Both the position numbers and the translations under genes were made by a program. Of a stretch of DNA of 64,000 nucleotides, positions 49,178 through 59,812 are shown piece by piece; position 1 is the first letter of the stretch; each line of letters opens with the position of its first letter. The stretch lies in NCBI GenBank assembly GCA_005223095.1, contig NJBQ01000001.1, positions 8,408-72,407 on the forward strand, in the 5' to 3' direction. The DNA is from Candidatus Aerophobetes bacterium Ae_b3a (GTDB taxonomy: Bacteria > Aerophobota > Aerophobia > Aerophobales > AE-B3A). The notes under the pieces are model-generated. The model saw only the letters and a program-made list of their open reading frames with translations, had not been told where the DNA came from and did not search any database.

Positions 49178-50458
49178 ATGATTAAGAAATGTGTTCATAT
49201 TGGGGTTATGGTATTAGTATTGACAGGACTGCTTTTTGGCATATCGAACTCCGCATTAGCACAGGAAAAGGTTACCTTAAGAACAATAGGAGGCCCAGAT
49301 CCTCATGGCTATGAGGCTGCCGAGGATAATTTGTTTGAGAAGGTTTCTCCCTGGATCAAAGTGGAAAGAACTACCGTTCCCTATGGAAGAGAGCAACGTC
49401 TGAAACTCATTGCTTCTTTCCGCAGTGCCAGACCGTATGACATGTACATAATTGACTGTGTGGAAGTTTCTGAGTATGCCAATGCTGGCTGGGCTTTGGA
49501 TGTAACAGAGCGGGTCACTCCAGAGATGAAAGAAGGTATTCTCCCATTTGCAGCAGACGGAATGATGTATCAGGGTCGCTGGTATGGTCTGCCTTGGATA
49601 TCTGAATGGAAGTCCTTTGTATATAATGCCCGTATGCTTAAAGAGGCTGGTTTTACAGGCCCTCCAAAGACATGGGATGAATTTGTGGAACAGAGCAAAA
49701 GACTACAGGCGGCTGGAATCGTCGAGAGATACGCAACGGCTTGGTCCTGGGCTCAAAAGGAGTGTTTGATTTGCGATTCTGTAGCGATTATGGCCAGCTT
49801 CGGTGGACAATTCTTTGATGAGGACCTTAATCCTGTGTTTAATAGTCAGGCAGGAGCGGAAGCTTTGCAGTGGATGATAGACTCTATGTACAAGCACAAA
49901 ATCTCTGATCAGGCGTCTCTTACCTTTACTGAGTCAGATGTAGATGCCCTTATGGAGGGAGGAAAAATTGCTTTCGAACTAAGATGGGGACTACCTCTGG
50001 TTATCCTCAACGATCCTAAGGCATCCAAGGTGGTGGATGAATGTAAGATAGGCCTGTTCCCGGCAAAAACTCTTGCTACCTACCCCGGCTACACTGTCTC
50101 TGGACCTATGGGGTGGAGCATCGCTCTTGATTCTCCACATAAAAACGAAGCTTGGGAATACGTGGAGTTTAGGGCTGGATTTGTAGGGGCAAAGAGAAAT
50201 GCTATCAAATACGGTGTATTTCCTGGTTGGATTTCTCTATATGAAGACCCTTCTGTAACCGATGCTATTCCTGGGCTAGATGTAATGCTAGAGTCTGGAA
50301 AACAGGTTGTGAACAGGCCGCGAGTCCCCTGGTATTACAAATTTTCTGATGCTCTCCAGTTGGAGTTACACAAAGCCATGACTCGGGCTAAAAGTCCGGA
50401 AAATGCACTTGACGATGCAGTAACTGAAACTCTAAAGATAAAGAGAGAGGCGGAATAG
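49178..50458 (+). CDS. ABC transporter substrate-binding protein, family 1 (sugar-binding), secreted
   Basis: Signal peptide MIKKCVHIGVMVLVLTGLLFGISNSALAQEK. 426 aa, typical size and composition for MalE/UgpB-type sugar binders. AAGGAG RBS. Confidence 0.8.
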   Translation: MIKKCVHIGVMVLVLTGLLFGISNSALAQEKVTLRTIGGPDPHGYEAAEDNLFEKVSPWIKVERTTVPYGREQRLKLIASFRSARPYDMYIIDCVEVSEYANAGWALDVTERVTPEMKEGILPFAADGMMYQGRWYGLPWISEWKSFVYNARMLKEAGFTGPPKTWDEFVEQSKRLQAAGIVERYATAWSWAQKECLICDSVAIMASFGGQFFDEDLNPVFNSQAGAEALQWMIDSMYKHKISDQASLTFTESDVDALMEGGKIAFELRWGLPLVILNDPKASKVVDECKIGLFPAKTLATYPGYTVSGPMGWSIALDSPHKNEAWEYVEFRAGFVGAKRNAIKYGVFPGWISLYEDPSVTDAIPGLDVMLESGKQVVNRPRVPWYYKFSDALQLELHKAMTRAKSPENALDDAVTETLKIKREAE

Positions 50459-50512
50459 GAATAGGAAGGGGTCCCGCTCTACAGGGGCCCCTTCTTTCTT
50501 AAAATCGTATAA

Positions 50513-51385
50513 ATGCAAAAAAAACAAATCGGTATTCTTCTCTGCCTACCTAGTTTTATAATAATCTTCTTTGTGCTGGGTTATCCTTTAGGTTATTCAA
50601 TTTACATAAGCTTTCTGAAAATGAACATTGCCTCATCCCTTCGCGGACCGGAATTTGTCGGCCTGACAAATTATGTGAATGCTTTATACGATATTAAACT
50701 GTGGGCAGCTATCGGTCGCACAGCATACATCACTGTTTGGGATGTGCTTGTAGGTACCAGTCTAGGTTTGCTTATGGCTCTTCTTCTCAATACAATGCTT
50801 AAGGGGCGAGGGATCCTTCGGGCAATTGTTCTCTTCCCCTTTATACTTCCCCCCGTGGTTAACGGACTGATTTGGAAGTGGGTATATAATCCAAACTACG
50901 GGTTTCTAAACGGCTTTTTGTATCAAATTGGAATAATTCGCAACTATCAGTCCTGGCTCTCCCAACCTTGGACTGCCCTGCATATGATCATTTTGGCAAA
51001 CCTGTGGCAGGGAACTGCTTTTGCTTATATCCTTTATCTAGGGGGTCTACAGTCCATCCCTCTTCAACTCTACGACGCAGCAAAAATAGACGGAGCCTCT
51101 CGCTACCAGACATTAATCCGGATTACTCTTCCGCTGCTTCTGCCTATCACTCTCGTCATTGTGGTTCTTAAAACTATCCTCACTTTTAAACTGTTTGATC
51201 TTATCTACGTTCTTACGGGAGGAGGACCGGCCAATTCCACTCAGGTAATTACTTATTATATTTACAAGAAAAGCTTTGACTTTCTGGAATTTGGAGGAGC
51301 AGCTGCGCTCTCCTATATTTTGACCTTACTCCTTCTTGTCTTCGTGTATGTTTACTATAAGCTTTTACAAAAAGACGTATATTGA
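50513..51385 (+). CDS. carbohydrate ABC transporter permease (MalF/UgpA-type)
   Basis: 290 aa with six TM segments and the EAA loop region (AAKIDGASRYQTLIRITLPLL). Confidence 0.85.
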   Translation: MQKKQIGILLCLPSFIIIFFVLGYPLGYSIYISFLKMNIASSLRGPEFVGLTNYVNALYDIKLWAAIGRTAYITVWDVLVGTSLGLLMALLLNTMLKGRGILRAIVLFPFILPPVVNGLIWKWVYNPNYGFLNGFLYQIGIIRNYQSWLSQPWTALHMIILANLWQGTAFAYILYLGGLQSIPLQLYDAAKIDGASRYQTLIRITLPLLLPITLVIVVLKTILTFKLFDLIYVLTGGGPANSTQVITYYIYKKSFDFLEFGGAAALSYILTLLLLVFVYVYYKLLQKDVY

Positions 51386-51403
51386 GATTTTAAAAGGCGC
51401 ATC

Positions 51404-52249
51404 GTGAGCAAAAAATCTTTTAGATACATAATTTTTGTAGGTGTGGTCTTTCTTCTTTTGTGGACTCTTGCTCCCCTTTACGTAGTTTTCATATCCAGTA
51501 TTACTCCTGACAAAGATCTGCTAAATGTGCCTCCTAAGTGGATTCCCACGCCAGATTTGAGTAATTATGCCTACGCACTCACGAGTGGAGAAGAGGGAGG
51601 GACAGCTTGGCTGTTTAGAAAAAGTCTTGTAAACAGTTTCATAGTTGCAGCCGGTGTAACTGTGTTTTGTCTGTTTATAGGAGGACTTGCTGGATACGCT
51701 TTCTCCAGATTTGCTCTGCCTTTCAAGGATAAACTTTTATTTTTGGTTCTTTTCACCCAAATGCTCCCGGTAATTACGGTAGTTATTCCCCTTTATTTGA
51801 TTTTTTCTACCTTTCGTATGTTGGACAGACTCATTACTCTGGTCATTGTCTACTCTTCCTTCACTCTCCCTTTGGTTATCTGGCTGCTGAAAGGATTTTT
51901 TGATACTATTCCCGCTGATTTAGAGGAGGCGGCAATGGTTGATGGCTCCACCTTATTAGGAGCCTTCTTTAGAATAGTAGTTCCCCTCTCTATACCAGGT
52001 GTGATTGCCACGGGGGGCCTGGCCTTTCTGGCAGCTTGGAATGAGTTTATGATTGTCCTTGTGTTCACTAGCACCGCAGCCTCTAAGACGATGCCTGTAG
52101 CAATAGCTGAGTTCATAGGAAGATTCAGGGTGGACTATGGACTTATGTGTTCAGTAGGGATAATTGCTTCTCTTCTTCCTGTGGCCCTTGCCCTTGTGTT
52201 CCAGAAATACTTAGTTCAGGGTCTATCAGCCGGGGGAGTAAAAGGCTGA
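51404..52249 (+). CDS. carbohydrate ABC transporter permease (MalG/UgpE-type)
   Basis: 281 aa. EAA motif region EEAAMVDGSTLLGAFFRIVVPLS. Confidence 0.85.
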   Translation: MSKKSFRYIIFVGVVFLLLWTLAPLYVVFISSITPDKDLLNVPPKWIPTPDLSNYAYALTSGEEGGTAWLFRKSLVNSFIVAAGVTVFCLFIGGLAGYAFSRFALPFKDKLLFLVLFTQMLPVITVVIPLYLIFSTFRMLDRLITLVIVYSSFTLPLVIWLLKGFFDTIPADLEEAAMVDGSTLLGAFFRIVVPLSIPGVIATGGLAFLAAWNEFMIVLVFTSTAASKTMPVAIAEFIGRFRVDYGLMCSVGIIASLLPVALALVFQKYLVQGLSAGGVKG

Positions 52250-52393
52250 ATATATTTGTAATGGTCAATACTCCGCAGACAGAAAGGAGGCTCTAAAGGA
52301 AGTAGAATTTTTAATTCTTTCTATTGTTGTAGATCGAAAGAGAAGAAAGCATCGCAAGTATGCCAAAAGAAAATGAAAGGAGAAGGTTAAGAG

Positions 52394-53761
52394 ATGAAAA
52401 AACTTAAAGTTGTCCTTATTGGAGCAGGGAGTGCCTCTTTTGGACGAGGTACTATTGCTGATTTGATGGCTACGGAGGAATTAAAAGAATCTGAATTAAC
52501 AATAAGTCTTGTTGATATAGATAAAAAGGCATTAGATAGAATGTATCGACTGGCTAATCTTCTCAAAGAACGGTACAGTTCTAAGGCTAAAATTGAAGTT
52601 AAAACTGAGAGGGAAAAGGTGCTTCCAGGCGCAAACTATGTTATTGTATCTGTCGCCCAGAAACGATGGCAATTATGGGAGAAAGATTTTTATATACCGG
52701 TTAGTTATGGTTTTCCACACATATTTGGAGAAAATGGAGGCCCTGGTGCAGCTTTTCATACCTTGCGAAGTTTGCACCTTATGATTCCTATATGCAAGGA
52801 TATGGAAAAACTTTGTCCCGAGGCACTTCTTATTAACTTTACCAACCCGGAGAGTAGAGTCTGTCTGGGTGTTAGTAAGCTTACGAGCATTCGATCGGTA
52901 GGACTTTGCCATGGTGCTTTTGAGACTTTAGATGCAATAAGCCGGATATTGGAGAAACCGAAAGCGGATATTGATCTAACCATCGGTGGAATTAATCACT
53001 TTCATTGGGTACTTCAGATACATAGTCGGTCTGATGGAAAAGATCTTTATCCGGAATTTCATCAAAGAATGAAAGAATCGGACTGGGGTCTAGATCGTCT
53101 TACTCGGTGCATGTACGAGCTATTTGGCTTCTTTACTTATCCTGCCGCAAGCCATATTGGAGAATATGTATCTTTTGCTTATAATATATGCGGTCCGGTT
53201 TTTTTGAAGTGGGGCCTGGGAGAAGTATCCCAAAGAATAGGAGCTAAAGCCTCTGAATATGTCTATACAGTCGAGGGCAAGCCCGGCCAGCCCAGTTATC
53301 ACCTCTGGTCAGAGGAAGAGGCGGATAAAATCCAGCGAGTAGTAGAAGGTAAAGAACCTCTTACGGAGGAACTTGCTCAACCAAGTAGAGAATTAGCCGC
53401 TCCTATCATTTGTGATATTGAATTTGACCACAAGAAAAAGGAACTCTCAGTAAATGTACCTAATGAGAACTTAGCCATTTCCAATTTGCCAGAGGATGCC
53501 ATCGTGGAAGTTCCTGCTCAGGTAGATGCTGAAGGTATTCACCCTATTAAAGTTGGACCACTCCCTGAAGTACTTGCAGCAATATGCCGCAACCAAATTT
53601 CCATTCAAAACTTGTTAGTGGAGGCCTACCGACAAAGGTCTAAGAAGCTCTTACTTCACGCACTGATTCTTGAACCGATAGTAGACAGCGTAGATCGAGC
53701 CAAAAAGATGATGGAGCATTTGCTAAAGCTAGAGGCTGATTATCTACCTGAACTTCATTAG
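52394..53761 (+). CDS. GH4 family NAD+/Mn2+-dependent glycosidase
   Basis: MKKLKVVLIGAGSASFGRG Rossmann start and the GLCHG region. 455 aa. Paralog of the gene at 40113-41435. Confidence 0.85.
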   Translation: MKKLKVVLIGAGSASFGRGTIADLMATEELKESELTISLVDIDKKALDRMYRLANLLKERYSSKAKIEVKTEREKVLPGANYVIVSVAQKRWQLWEKDFYIPVSYGFPHIFGENGGPGAAFHTLRSLHLMIPICKDMEKLCPEALLINFTNPESRVCLGVSKLTSIRSVGLCHGAFETLDAISRILEKPKADIDLTIGGINHFHWVLQIHSRSDGKDLYPEFHQRMKESDWGLDRLTRCMYELFGFFTYPAASHIGEYVSFAYNICGPVFLKWGLGEVSQRIGAKASEYVYTVEGKPGQPSYHLWSEEEADKIQRVVEGKEPLTEELAQPSRELAAPIICDIEFDHKKKELSVNVPNENLAISNLPEDAIVEVPAQVDAEGIHPIKVGPLPEVLAAICRNQISIQNLLVEAYRQRSKKLLLHALILEPIVDSVDRAKKMMEHLLKLEADYLPELH

Positions 53762-54117
53762 TAACAAGGTTAAAAGGGATTATCACGTGTAGAAAAAAAT
53801 ACTACTTTTCAAAATGGAGACTAAGATTTCTGTTTCCCATCCAGGGAACATTAATTTTTTCCAAAGAGGAGACCCAATTCATTAGCATAGGATTAAATGA
53901 CCTTTTCTTAAATTCGATCCTGACTTCATCACCAGTTATTTCACCTGCAGCCCTACCCTCAACAAAGGCACGATAGGTGGTTTTGGCTTTGGAATTTTTA
54001 AATAGTTTGAATTTGCTTAATAGAATCTTATTCCAAGTTCGGTGAGTCTATCCAGGTTCTCATGAGTTGTCAATTTAGAATCAAAGACCAGATATTCGGG
54101 TAAGAGCTTTTTGTCAA

Positions 54118-55479
54118 TTATAAGATGTAGCGAGAAAGGTCTTCGCTCTCCACAATATTCTTGAGTCTCTCTTGCACATATTTAGCAGTAATAGTGAAAG
54201 ACCTCTTCCTTATATTAGCAGCCTTGAAGCTGATATCTTCTAGAAGCTTCTCCATAATGGTGTATAATCTTCTTGCTCCAATATCTTCTGTTCGTTCGTT
54301 CACCAAAAAAGCCAAAAGGGCGATTTCTTTGATAGAGCTATCCTTAAAAATAAGGTTTATTCCTTCTGTTTCTATCAGAGCTTGATATTGTTTAATCAAG
54401 GCATTTTTGGGTTCAGTCAAAATTTTTTCAAAATCGTTTTGGGTGAGTCTGTCCAGTTCTACCCGAATGGGGAATCTACCCTGCATTTCAGGAATCAAAT
54501 CAGAAGGAGAAGCAGAGTGGAAAGCTCCCGCTGCTATGAAGAGAATGTGGTCTGTCTTAATAGGTCCATATCTAGTAGCTACGGTAGTTCCTTCCACTAT
54601 TGGCAAAAGGTCTCTTTGCACTCCTTCTCGGGAGACATCTATCTTGTCTACTCCTCCTCCTACAACCTTATCTATTTCATCAACGAATATTATCCCCGAG
54701 TTCTCTACCCGATGAGTAGCGTCTTCAACAACCTTGTCCTTATCTATTAATTTTTGAGCCTCTTGCTCAGTGATGATTTGACGGGCTTCTTTTAGGGGGA
54801 CCTTTCTTTCCTTGGTACGTTTGGGGAGCATGTCTCCCAATAAATCCTGAAAGTTCATTCCCATTTGCTCTGTTCCAGCACTACTAAATATCTCTATCAT
54901 AGGAGTGAGTCTTTCCGTGGCTTTTATCTCAATTAATCTATCCTCTAGTTCCTTATTGTTTAATTTCTCTCTCAGTTTTTCTCTGGTCTTCTTTACCCTT
55001 TCTATTCTTTCCCCTTCTCCGCCTTCCTCTTGCTCCGCTGATGGTAAGGCCTTGGGAAGAGGTGGAAGGAGAATATCCAGAAGTCTTTCCTCAGCCAGTC
55101 TTCTCGCTTTCTTCCTTACTCTCTGTATCATCTCTCCTTGGATTGTGTGCACGGCCATGTTCATCAAATCTCTGACCATAGATTCCACATCTCTACCCAC
55201 ATAACCTACTTCAGTATACTTGCTTGCTTCTATCTTTAGAAAAGGAGCCTGGGCTAGTTGTGCTAATCTTCGCGAAATTTCTGTCTTTCCTACTCCAGTG
55301 GGGCCAATCATAATAATATTCTTAGGGGCTACCTCATCGCGCATCTTAGCAGGCAGCTTCTGACGACGCCATCTATTTCTTAAGGCGATAGCTACAGCAC
55401 GTTTAGCATCATCCTGCCCTATGATATATTTATCTAACTCCCTTACGATGGCGGGAGGAGTAAGTTGCTTTTCTCTCAT
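54118..55479 (-). CDS. hslU: ATP-dependent protease ATPase subunit HslU
   Basis: [34 protein letters not shown], Walker [12 protein letters not shown], and the I-domain insertion. 453 aa. Confidence 0.9.
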   Translation of the reverse strand: MREKQLTPPAIVRELDKYIIGQDDAKRAVAIALRNRWRRQKLPAKMRDEVAPKNIIMIGPTGVGKTEISRRLAQLAQAPFLKIEASKYTEVGYVGRDVESMVRDLMNMAVHTIQGEMIQRVRKKARRLAEERLLDILLPPLPKALPSAEQEEGGEGERIERVKKTREKLREKLNNKELEDRLIEIKATERLTPMIEIFSSAGTEQMGMNFQDLLGDMLPKRTKERKVPLKEARQIITEQEAQKLIDKDKVVEDATHRVENSGIIFVDEIDKVVGGGVDKIDVSREGVQRDLLPIVEGTTVATRYGPIKTDHILFIAAGAFHSASPSDLIPEMQGRFPIRVELDRLTQNDFEKILTEPKNALIKQYQALIETEGINLIFKDSSIKEIALLAFLVNERTEDIGARRLYTIMEKLLEDISFKAANIRKRSFTITAKYVQERLKNIVESEDLSRYIL

Positions 55480-55499
55480 CGTTTTTCTCCTTCAAGTGC

Positions 55500-55670
55500 C
55501 TCGGACAATTTTCTTCCGTCACCATTCTCGTATCTCGTTGTTCGTATCTCGTATCTAGTGTAACGTATTGCACTATGCTTTTTAAAGCCTTTTTTCGAGA
55601 TACGAGATACTAGATACGATTCACGTTTCTTCAAGGAATGTCCTTCGGCAAACGTATAAGTTCCTAATAC
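55500..55670 (+). repeat. composite intergenic repeat between hslV and hslU: TCACCATTC, CGTATCTCG units as an imperfect long inverted repeat, and a GGAATGTCCTTCGG module
   Basis: The arms CGTATCTCGTATCTAGTG and CGAGATACGAGATACTAGATACG flank a T-rich centre. GGAATGTCCTTCGG also occurs at 29803-29817. CGTATCTCG also occurs at 31673-31683. Confidence 0.5.
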
Positions 55671-55682
55671 TTTAAAAAACGT

Positions 55683-56207
55683 CTATAGTTCCTCAATAGT
55701 TATATTGTCATTTGTATAAATACATATAGAAGCAGTTATATGCATGGCTATTTCTACAATTTTTTTAGGAGGATAATTGGTGTGGTCGGCTAAAGCCTGG
55801 GCTGCTGCTTGAGCATAACCAGCTCCTGAGCCAATGGCTATTACCCTATCGTCGGGTTCAATTACGTCTCCACTTCCCGATATTAATAGAGATTTTTCCT
55901 TATTAACTACAATCATTAGGGCTTCCAGTCTGCGCAGAGTCTTATCCTGTCGCCAGTCCTTAGCCAGCTCCAGGGAAGCACGGGGAAGATTTCCCTGGTA
56001 TTGTTCAATTTTCTTTTCAAATTTCTCAAAAAGAGTAAGGGCATCGGCGATGGCGCCGGCAAAGCCAGCTAATACCTTTCCCTTCTGAAGTCTTCTTATC
56101 TTATGTGCTTTGTGTTTCATAATGGTATCTTCAAAAGTTACCTGTCCGTCCCCAGCAATAGCTACATGTTTTTTATCTCTTACCGCTAAAATAGTAGTAG
56201 AACGCAA
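55683..56207 (-). CDS. hslV: ATP-dependent protease subunit HslV
   Basis: [21 protein letters not shown] is the N-terminal threonine protease signature of HslV. 174 aa. Confidence 0.9.
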   Translation of the reverse strand: MRSTTILAVRDKKHVAIAGDGQVTFEDTIMKHKAHKIRRLQKGKVLAGFAGAIADALTLFEKFEKKIEQYQGNLPRASLELAKDWRQDKTLRRLEALMIVVNKEKSLLISGSGDVIEPDDRVIAIGSGAGYAQAAAQALADHTNYPPKKIVEIAMHITASICIYTNDNITIEEL

Positions 56208-56219
56208 TCTAAAACCTCC

Positions 56220-57101
56220 TTATGCTCTTGGATGAGCTTTGTCATAGACTTCCTTCAGTCTTTTTATACTCAAATGCGTATAGATTTGAGTAGTGGAGAG
56301 TCTTTCATGACCAAGCAACTCTTGCACCGAACGTATGTCTGCTCCTCGATTTAAGAGATGAGTGGCAAAAGAATGACGTAGGCTATGGGGACCTGAAACC
56401 TTATGAATGTCGGCTAAATCCAGATATCTATTTATTTTTTTTCGCATGAACCTATCCGATAGTCTCTGGCCGGATTTATTTAGAAATAGTGCCCTGACAC
56501 CAGGTTTTGCTTTCTCTCTATGTAATTCCCTATAGGTAGCCAGTGCCTTTAAAGCGTAATTCCCCAGAGGGATTATTCTTTCCTTGTTTCCTTTGCCTTT
56601 AACTTTAACTGTTTCCCCTGCAAAGTCAATATTATCTATATTTAAATCTGCCAACTCGGCTATTCTCATCCCCGTAGCATACAATAGTTCTAGAGCGGCT
56701 TTGTCCCTATAATGAAAGAAATTATTTCCTTTTACTGAGTTTAAGAGCTTTTCTACTTCTTCTTCCTCCAAAAAAGAAGGAATTTTTTTCTCCAGCTTCG
56801 GACCTCGTAGACCAGATAAGACAAAAGAAGAAAGGTATCCTTTTAGATAAAGATAGTGGAAGAAACTTTTCAAGACAGATACCCGGCGGGCCAGAGTAGA
56901 TTTCTGTAAGCTTCTTTTCTGTAGTGAGCTAAGATATTCTCGTACTATGGGATACCCCACTTCTTCTAGCTCTTTTTTTCTTGAAGAGAGAAAGCTGAGA
57001 AAGTCCTTTATATCACTGCTATAACTTTTCACTGTCTGATAAGAGAGATTTCTCTCCTGGGTGAGGTATTGCTGGAATCTATTCAGCCACTCTATCTGCA
57101 T
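56220..57101 (-). CDS. xerC: tyrosine recombinase XerC/XerD family
   Basis: N-terminal SAM-like domain (YLTQERNLSYQTVKSYSSDIKDFLSF). C-terminal catalytic R...HxxR...Y region (HSLRHSFATHLLNRGADIRSVQELLGHERLSTTQIYTH). Located between topA and hslV as in Firmicutes. Confidence 0.85.
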   Translation of the reverse strand: MQIEWLNRFQQYLTQERNLSYQTVKSYSSDIKDFLSFLSSRKKELEEVGYPIVREYLSSLQKRSLQKSTLARRVSVLKSFFHYLYLKGYLSSFVLSGLRGPKLEKKIPSFLEEEEVEKLLNSVKGNNFFHYRDKAALELLYATGMRIAELADLNIDNIDFAGETVKVKGKGNKERIIPLGNYALKALATYRELHREKAKPGVRALFLNKSGQRLSDRFMRKKINRYLDLADIHKVSGPHSLRHSFATHLLNRGADIRSVQELLGHERLSTTQIYTHLSIKRLKEVYDKAHPRA

Positions 57102-59208
57102 CTATTTTTTTTATTATTTTATAAGGAATTTTTTCCAATTTTAGCTCTTCTATTCTATAACCCTTAATCTTTTCCCCACAGCGGGGGCATTTAAAGCCAT
57201 CTTTGTCTCTAAAGAGAAAAGGATTCTGGCAATGAGGACAAATTTCTTTGACGGGTGGCTGTTGAGAGATAAACTTGCATTGAGGAAATTTAGAGCAACC
57301 ATAAAAAATAGCTCCCTTTTTGGATGTCCTCTCCACTATTTCTCCTTTACAATCTGGAGTAGGACACCTTACCCCTGTTTTATTACTTATATCTCTGGTG
57401 TTTTTACATTCCGGGTAATCACAACAAGCCAGGAATGCTCCGTAACGGCCAAACTTTAGAACCATCTTTTTCCCGCACTGCTCACATTTAGTTGAGTTAA
57501 TTTGAAGCCCTTCTTTTTTGACGTTCTTCATTTTCTCTTTAGCTATATCTAAATCCTTATCGAATTGGTGGTAAAAATCACCTATTATGATTATCCATTT
57601 TCTCTTTCCCTCCTCCACCGCATCCAGATCTTCTTCCATCCGGGCAGTAAAACGGGTATCAAGAATATTAGAGAAATTGTCTACCAGGAGGTCATTTACT
57701 ACCTTTGCCAGGAGAGTGGGAATGAGTTTGCCTTTCTGCCATCTCACATAACCCCTTGTTTTGATAGTGACAATGGTAGGGACATAGGTGCTCGGCCTTC
57801 CTATTCCTTTTTCTTCTAAGGCTTTTATCAAAGAGGCTTCCGTATAATGAGAGGGAGGTTGGGTGAAGCGCTGTTCGGAAACAAGTTCTTTCAATTTTAG
57901 AACTTCTCCTTCTTTAATAGGAGGTAGAATTTTCTCTTTTCCACCTCTCTCTTTATAGATACTGATGAATCCAGGAAATTCGATCTTCTTTCCTTCTGCC
58001 TGAAAAAGATACTTTTCACCCTTAATGTTTACTGTAACCGTGCTCAAAATTGCCTTTTTCATCTGAGAGGCAAGAAATCTTCGCCAGATTAGTTCGTATA
58101 GCTTAAGGTGACGGCTGGGTAGGTATTTTTTCATCTTATCCGGAGTCCGGAAAATACTGGTCGGTCTTATAGCTTCATGGGCATCCTGACTTGATTTTTT
58201 ATTTTTGTAGAAGGGTATCTTAATTGGAATAAACTCTTCTCCTAATTCCTTTCTAAGGTAGTTCCTTGCCTCCAACTGTGCTTCTTTAGCCACTCGCACA
58301 GAATCTGTGCGCATATAGGTAATCAGACCTATTCTCCCCTCTTTTCCTACATCCTGTCCTTCGTAGAGGTTCTGGGCTATCTTCATAGTCTGACTGGTAG
58401 AGAATTTCAGGAGATAACTAGCTGTCTGTTGCAGAGTGCTGGTAATAAATGGTGCATAGGGAGACCTCTCTTTCTTCTCTTTTTTTACCTCTGTTACTCT
58501 ATACCTCTCTTTTTCTATTCTTTCCGCCAGTTCCCTTGCTTCCTTCTCATTTAATATCTTTATTGCCTTATCCTCTACCTTTGATAACTTTGCCTCTAGG
58601 ATAACCTTTCTGCCAGGAGAAGAAAATTTAGCCAGAATAGTCCAATATTCCTTTAAAACAAACTTCTCAATCTCTTTTTCTCGTTCACAAATAAGTCTTA
58701 CTGCTACTGACTGGACTCTTCCGGCGGAAAGTCCTCTCTTCACCTTTTCCCATAGAAGAGGGGAAAGCTTATATCCTACCAGGCGATCCAGTGCTCTTCT
58801 TCCCTGTTGAGCATCGACTTTATTGACATTGATATCGCTGGGACTCTTTATAGCATTTTGCACAGCCTCTTTTGTTATCTGGTTAAAGACTATTCTTCCT
58901 CCTTTGGTGTGCTCAAGCTCCTGGGAAAGATGCCAGGCGATAGCTTCTCCTTCTCTATCTAAATCAGTAGCCAAATAGACCTGTTCCATAGTTTTACTTA
59001 AGTCCCTTAATTTCTTGACGGTCTTTCTTTTGCCAGGAATTATCTGATAGGTAGGTTTAAACTCATTTTCGATATCTATCCCCAGTTTTTTTTTGGGCAG
59101 GTCCTTTATATGTCCATAACAGGATTCAACCTGAAAATTTTTACCCAGAAACTTATTTATGGTCTTAGCCTTTGCGGGAGACTCCACAATAACCAAATTC
59201 TTAGCCAT
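57079..59208 (-). CDS. topA: DNA topoisomerase I
   Basis: TOPRIM start MAKNLVIVESPAKAKTINKFLG, active-site Tyr region, and C-terminal zinc-ribbon repeats (CxxC...CxxC). 709 aa. Confidence 0.9.
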   Translation of the reverse strand: MAKNLVIVESPAKAKTINKFLGKNFQVESCYGHIKDLPKKKLGIDIENEFKPTYQIIPGKRKTVKKLRDLSKTMEQVYLATDLDREGEAIAWHLSQELEHTKGGRIVFNQITKEAVQNAIKSPSDINVNKVDAQQGRRALDRLVGYKLSPLLWEKVKRGLSAGRVQSVAVRLICEREKEIEKFVLKEYWTILAKFSSPGRKVILEAKLSKVEDKAIKILNEKEARELAERIEKERYRVTEVKKEKKERSPYAPFITSTLQQTASYLLKFSTSQTMKIAQNLYEGQDVGKEGRIGLITYMRTDSVRVAKEAQLEARNYLRKELGEEFIPIKIPFYKNKKSSQDAHEAIRPTSIFRTPDKMKKYLPSRHLKLYELIWRRFLASQMKKAILSTVTVNIKGEKYLFQAEGKKIEFPGFISIYKERGGKEKILPPIKEGEVLKLKELVSEQRFTQPPSHYTEASLIKALEEKGIGRPSTYVPTIVTIKTRGYVRWQKGKLIPTLLAKVVNDLLVDNFSNILDTRFTARMEEDLDAVEEGKRKWIIIIGDFYHQFDKDLDIAKEKMKNVKKEGLQINSTKCEQCGKKMVLKFGRYGAFLACCDYPECKNTRDISNKTGVRCPTPDCKGEIVERTSKKGAIFYGCSKFPQCKFISQQPPVKEICPHCQNPFLFRDKDGFKCPRCGEKIKGYRIEELKLEKIPYKIIKKIDADRVAE

Positions 59209-59812
59209 TATACCTCTATTCCTCTATTGTTCTCTGTCTGGTTAGAAAAGACTTCCCCTGCTTGCCCTATTAAAGGCTTTAGCTCTAACCAGACCTATCC
59301 CAATTTTCTAACGGGATTTATGTCGCTCATAAGATATGAGAGTGATAGATTTTGTCAAGTCAACCCGTCTTTAGGTTGCTTCGCTTCGCCTGGCAATGAC
59401 GAAATTGTACTTCTTCAGCGCCTTCTCAATCTCAACCGCACACGGGGTTGATAAGATGAAGATATTCTTCTATAATGTAAATGATTTTTAATTATAATAA
59501 TGAATAGTTAGCCGCATAGGAATTTCAAAAAATTCCGGAAAATGTCAAGAAATTTGTCCTTAACTTAGAAGGCTGGCGATTTACATCGTTGTCGAAGGAT
59601 ATTTTCTGAAGAAGCCTTATAGGAGCTACCTTAACGAGGCTTCGAGTTGAGGATAAAGAAAAATATACTGTCTGAGGAGCAAAGCGACGAGTTCATATTT
59701 TTCCCGAAACGAGAAGCTAAGTAGAAAGAATAAAAGGCTACTATACAGCGACGGAAGAAATTGTCCTGAGGCATATTTAGGGTAATTATAATAAAAAAGA
59801 GGAGGACAAGAT

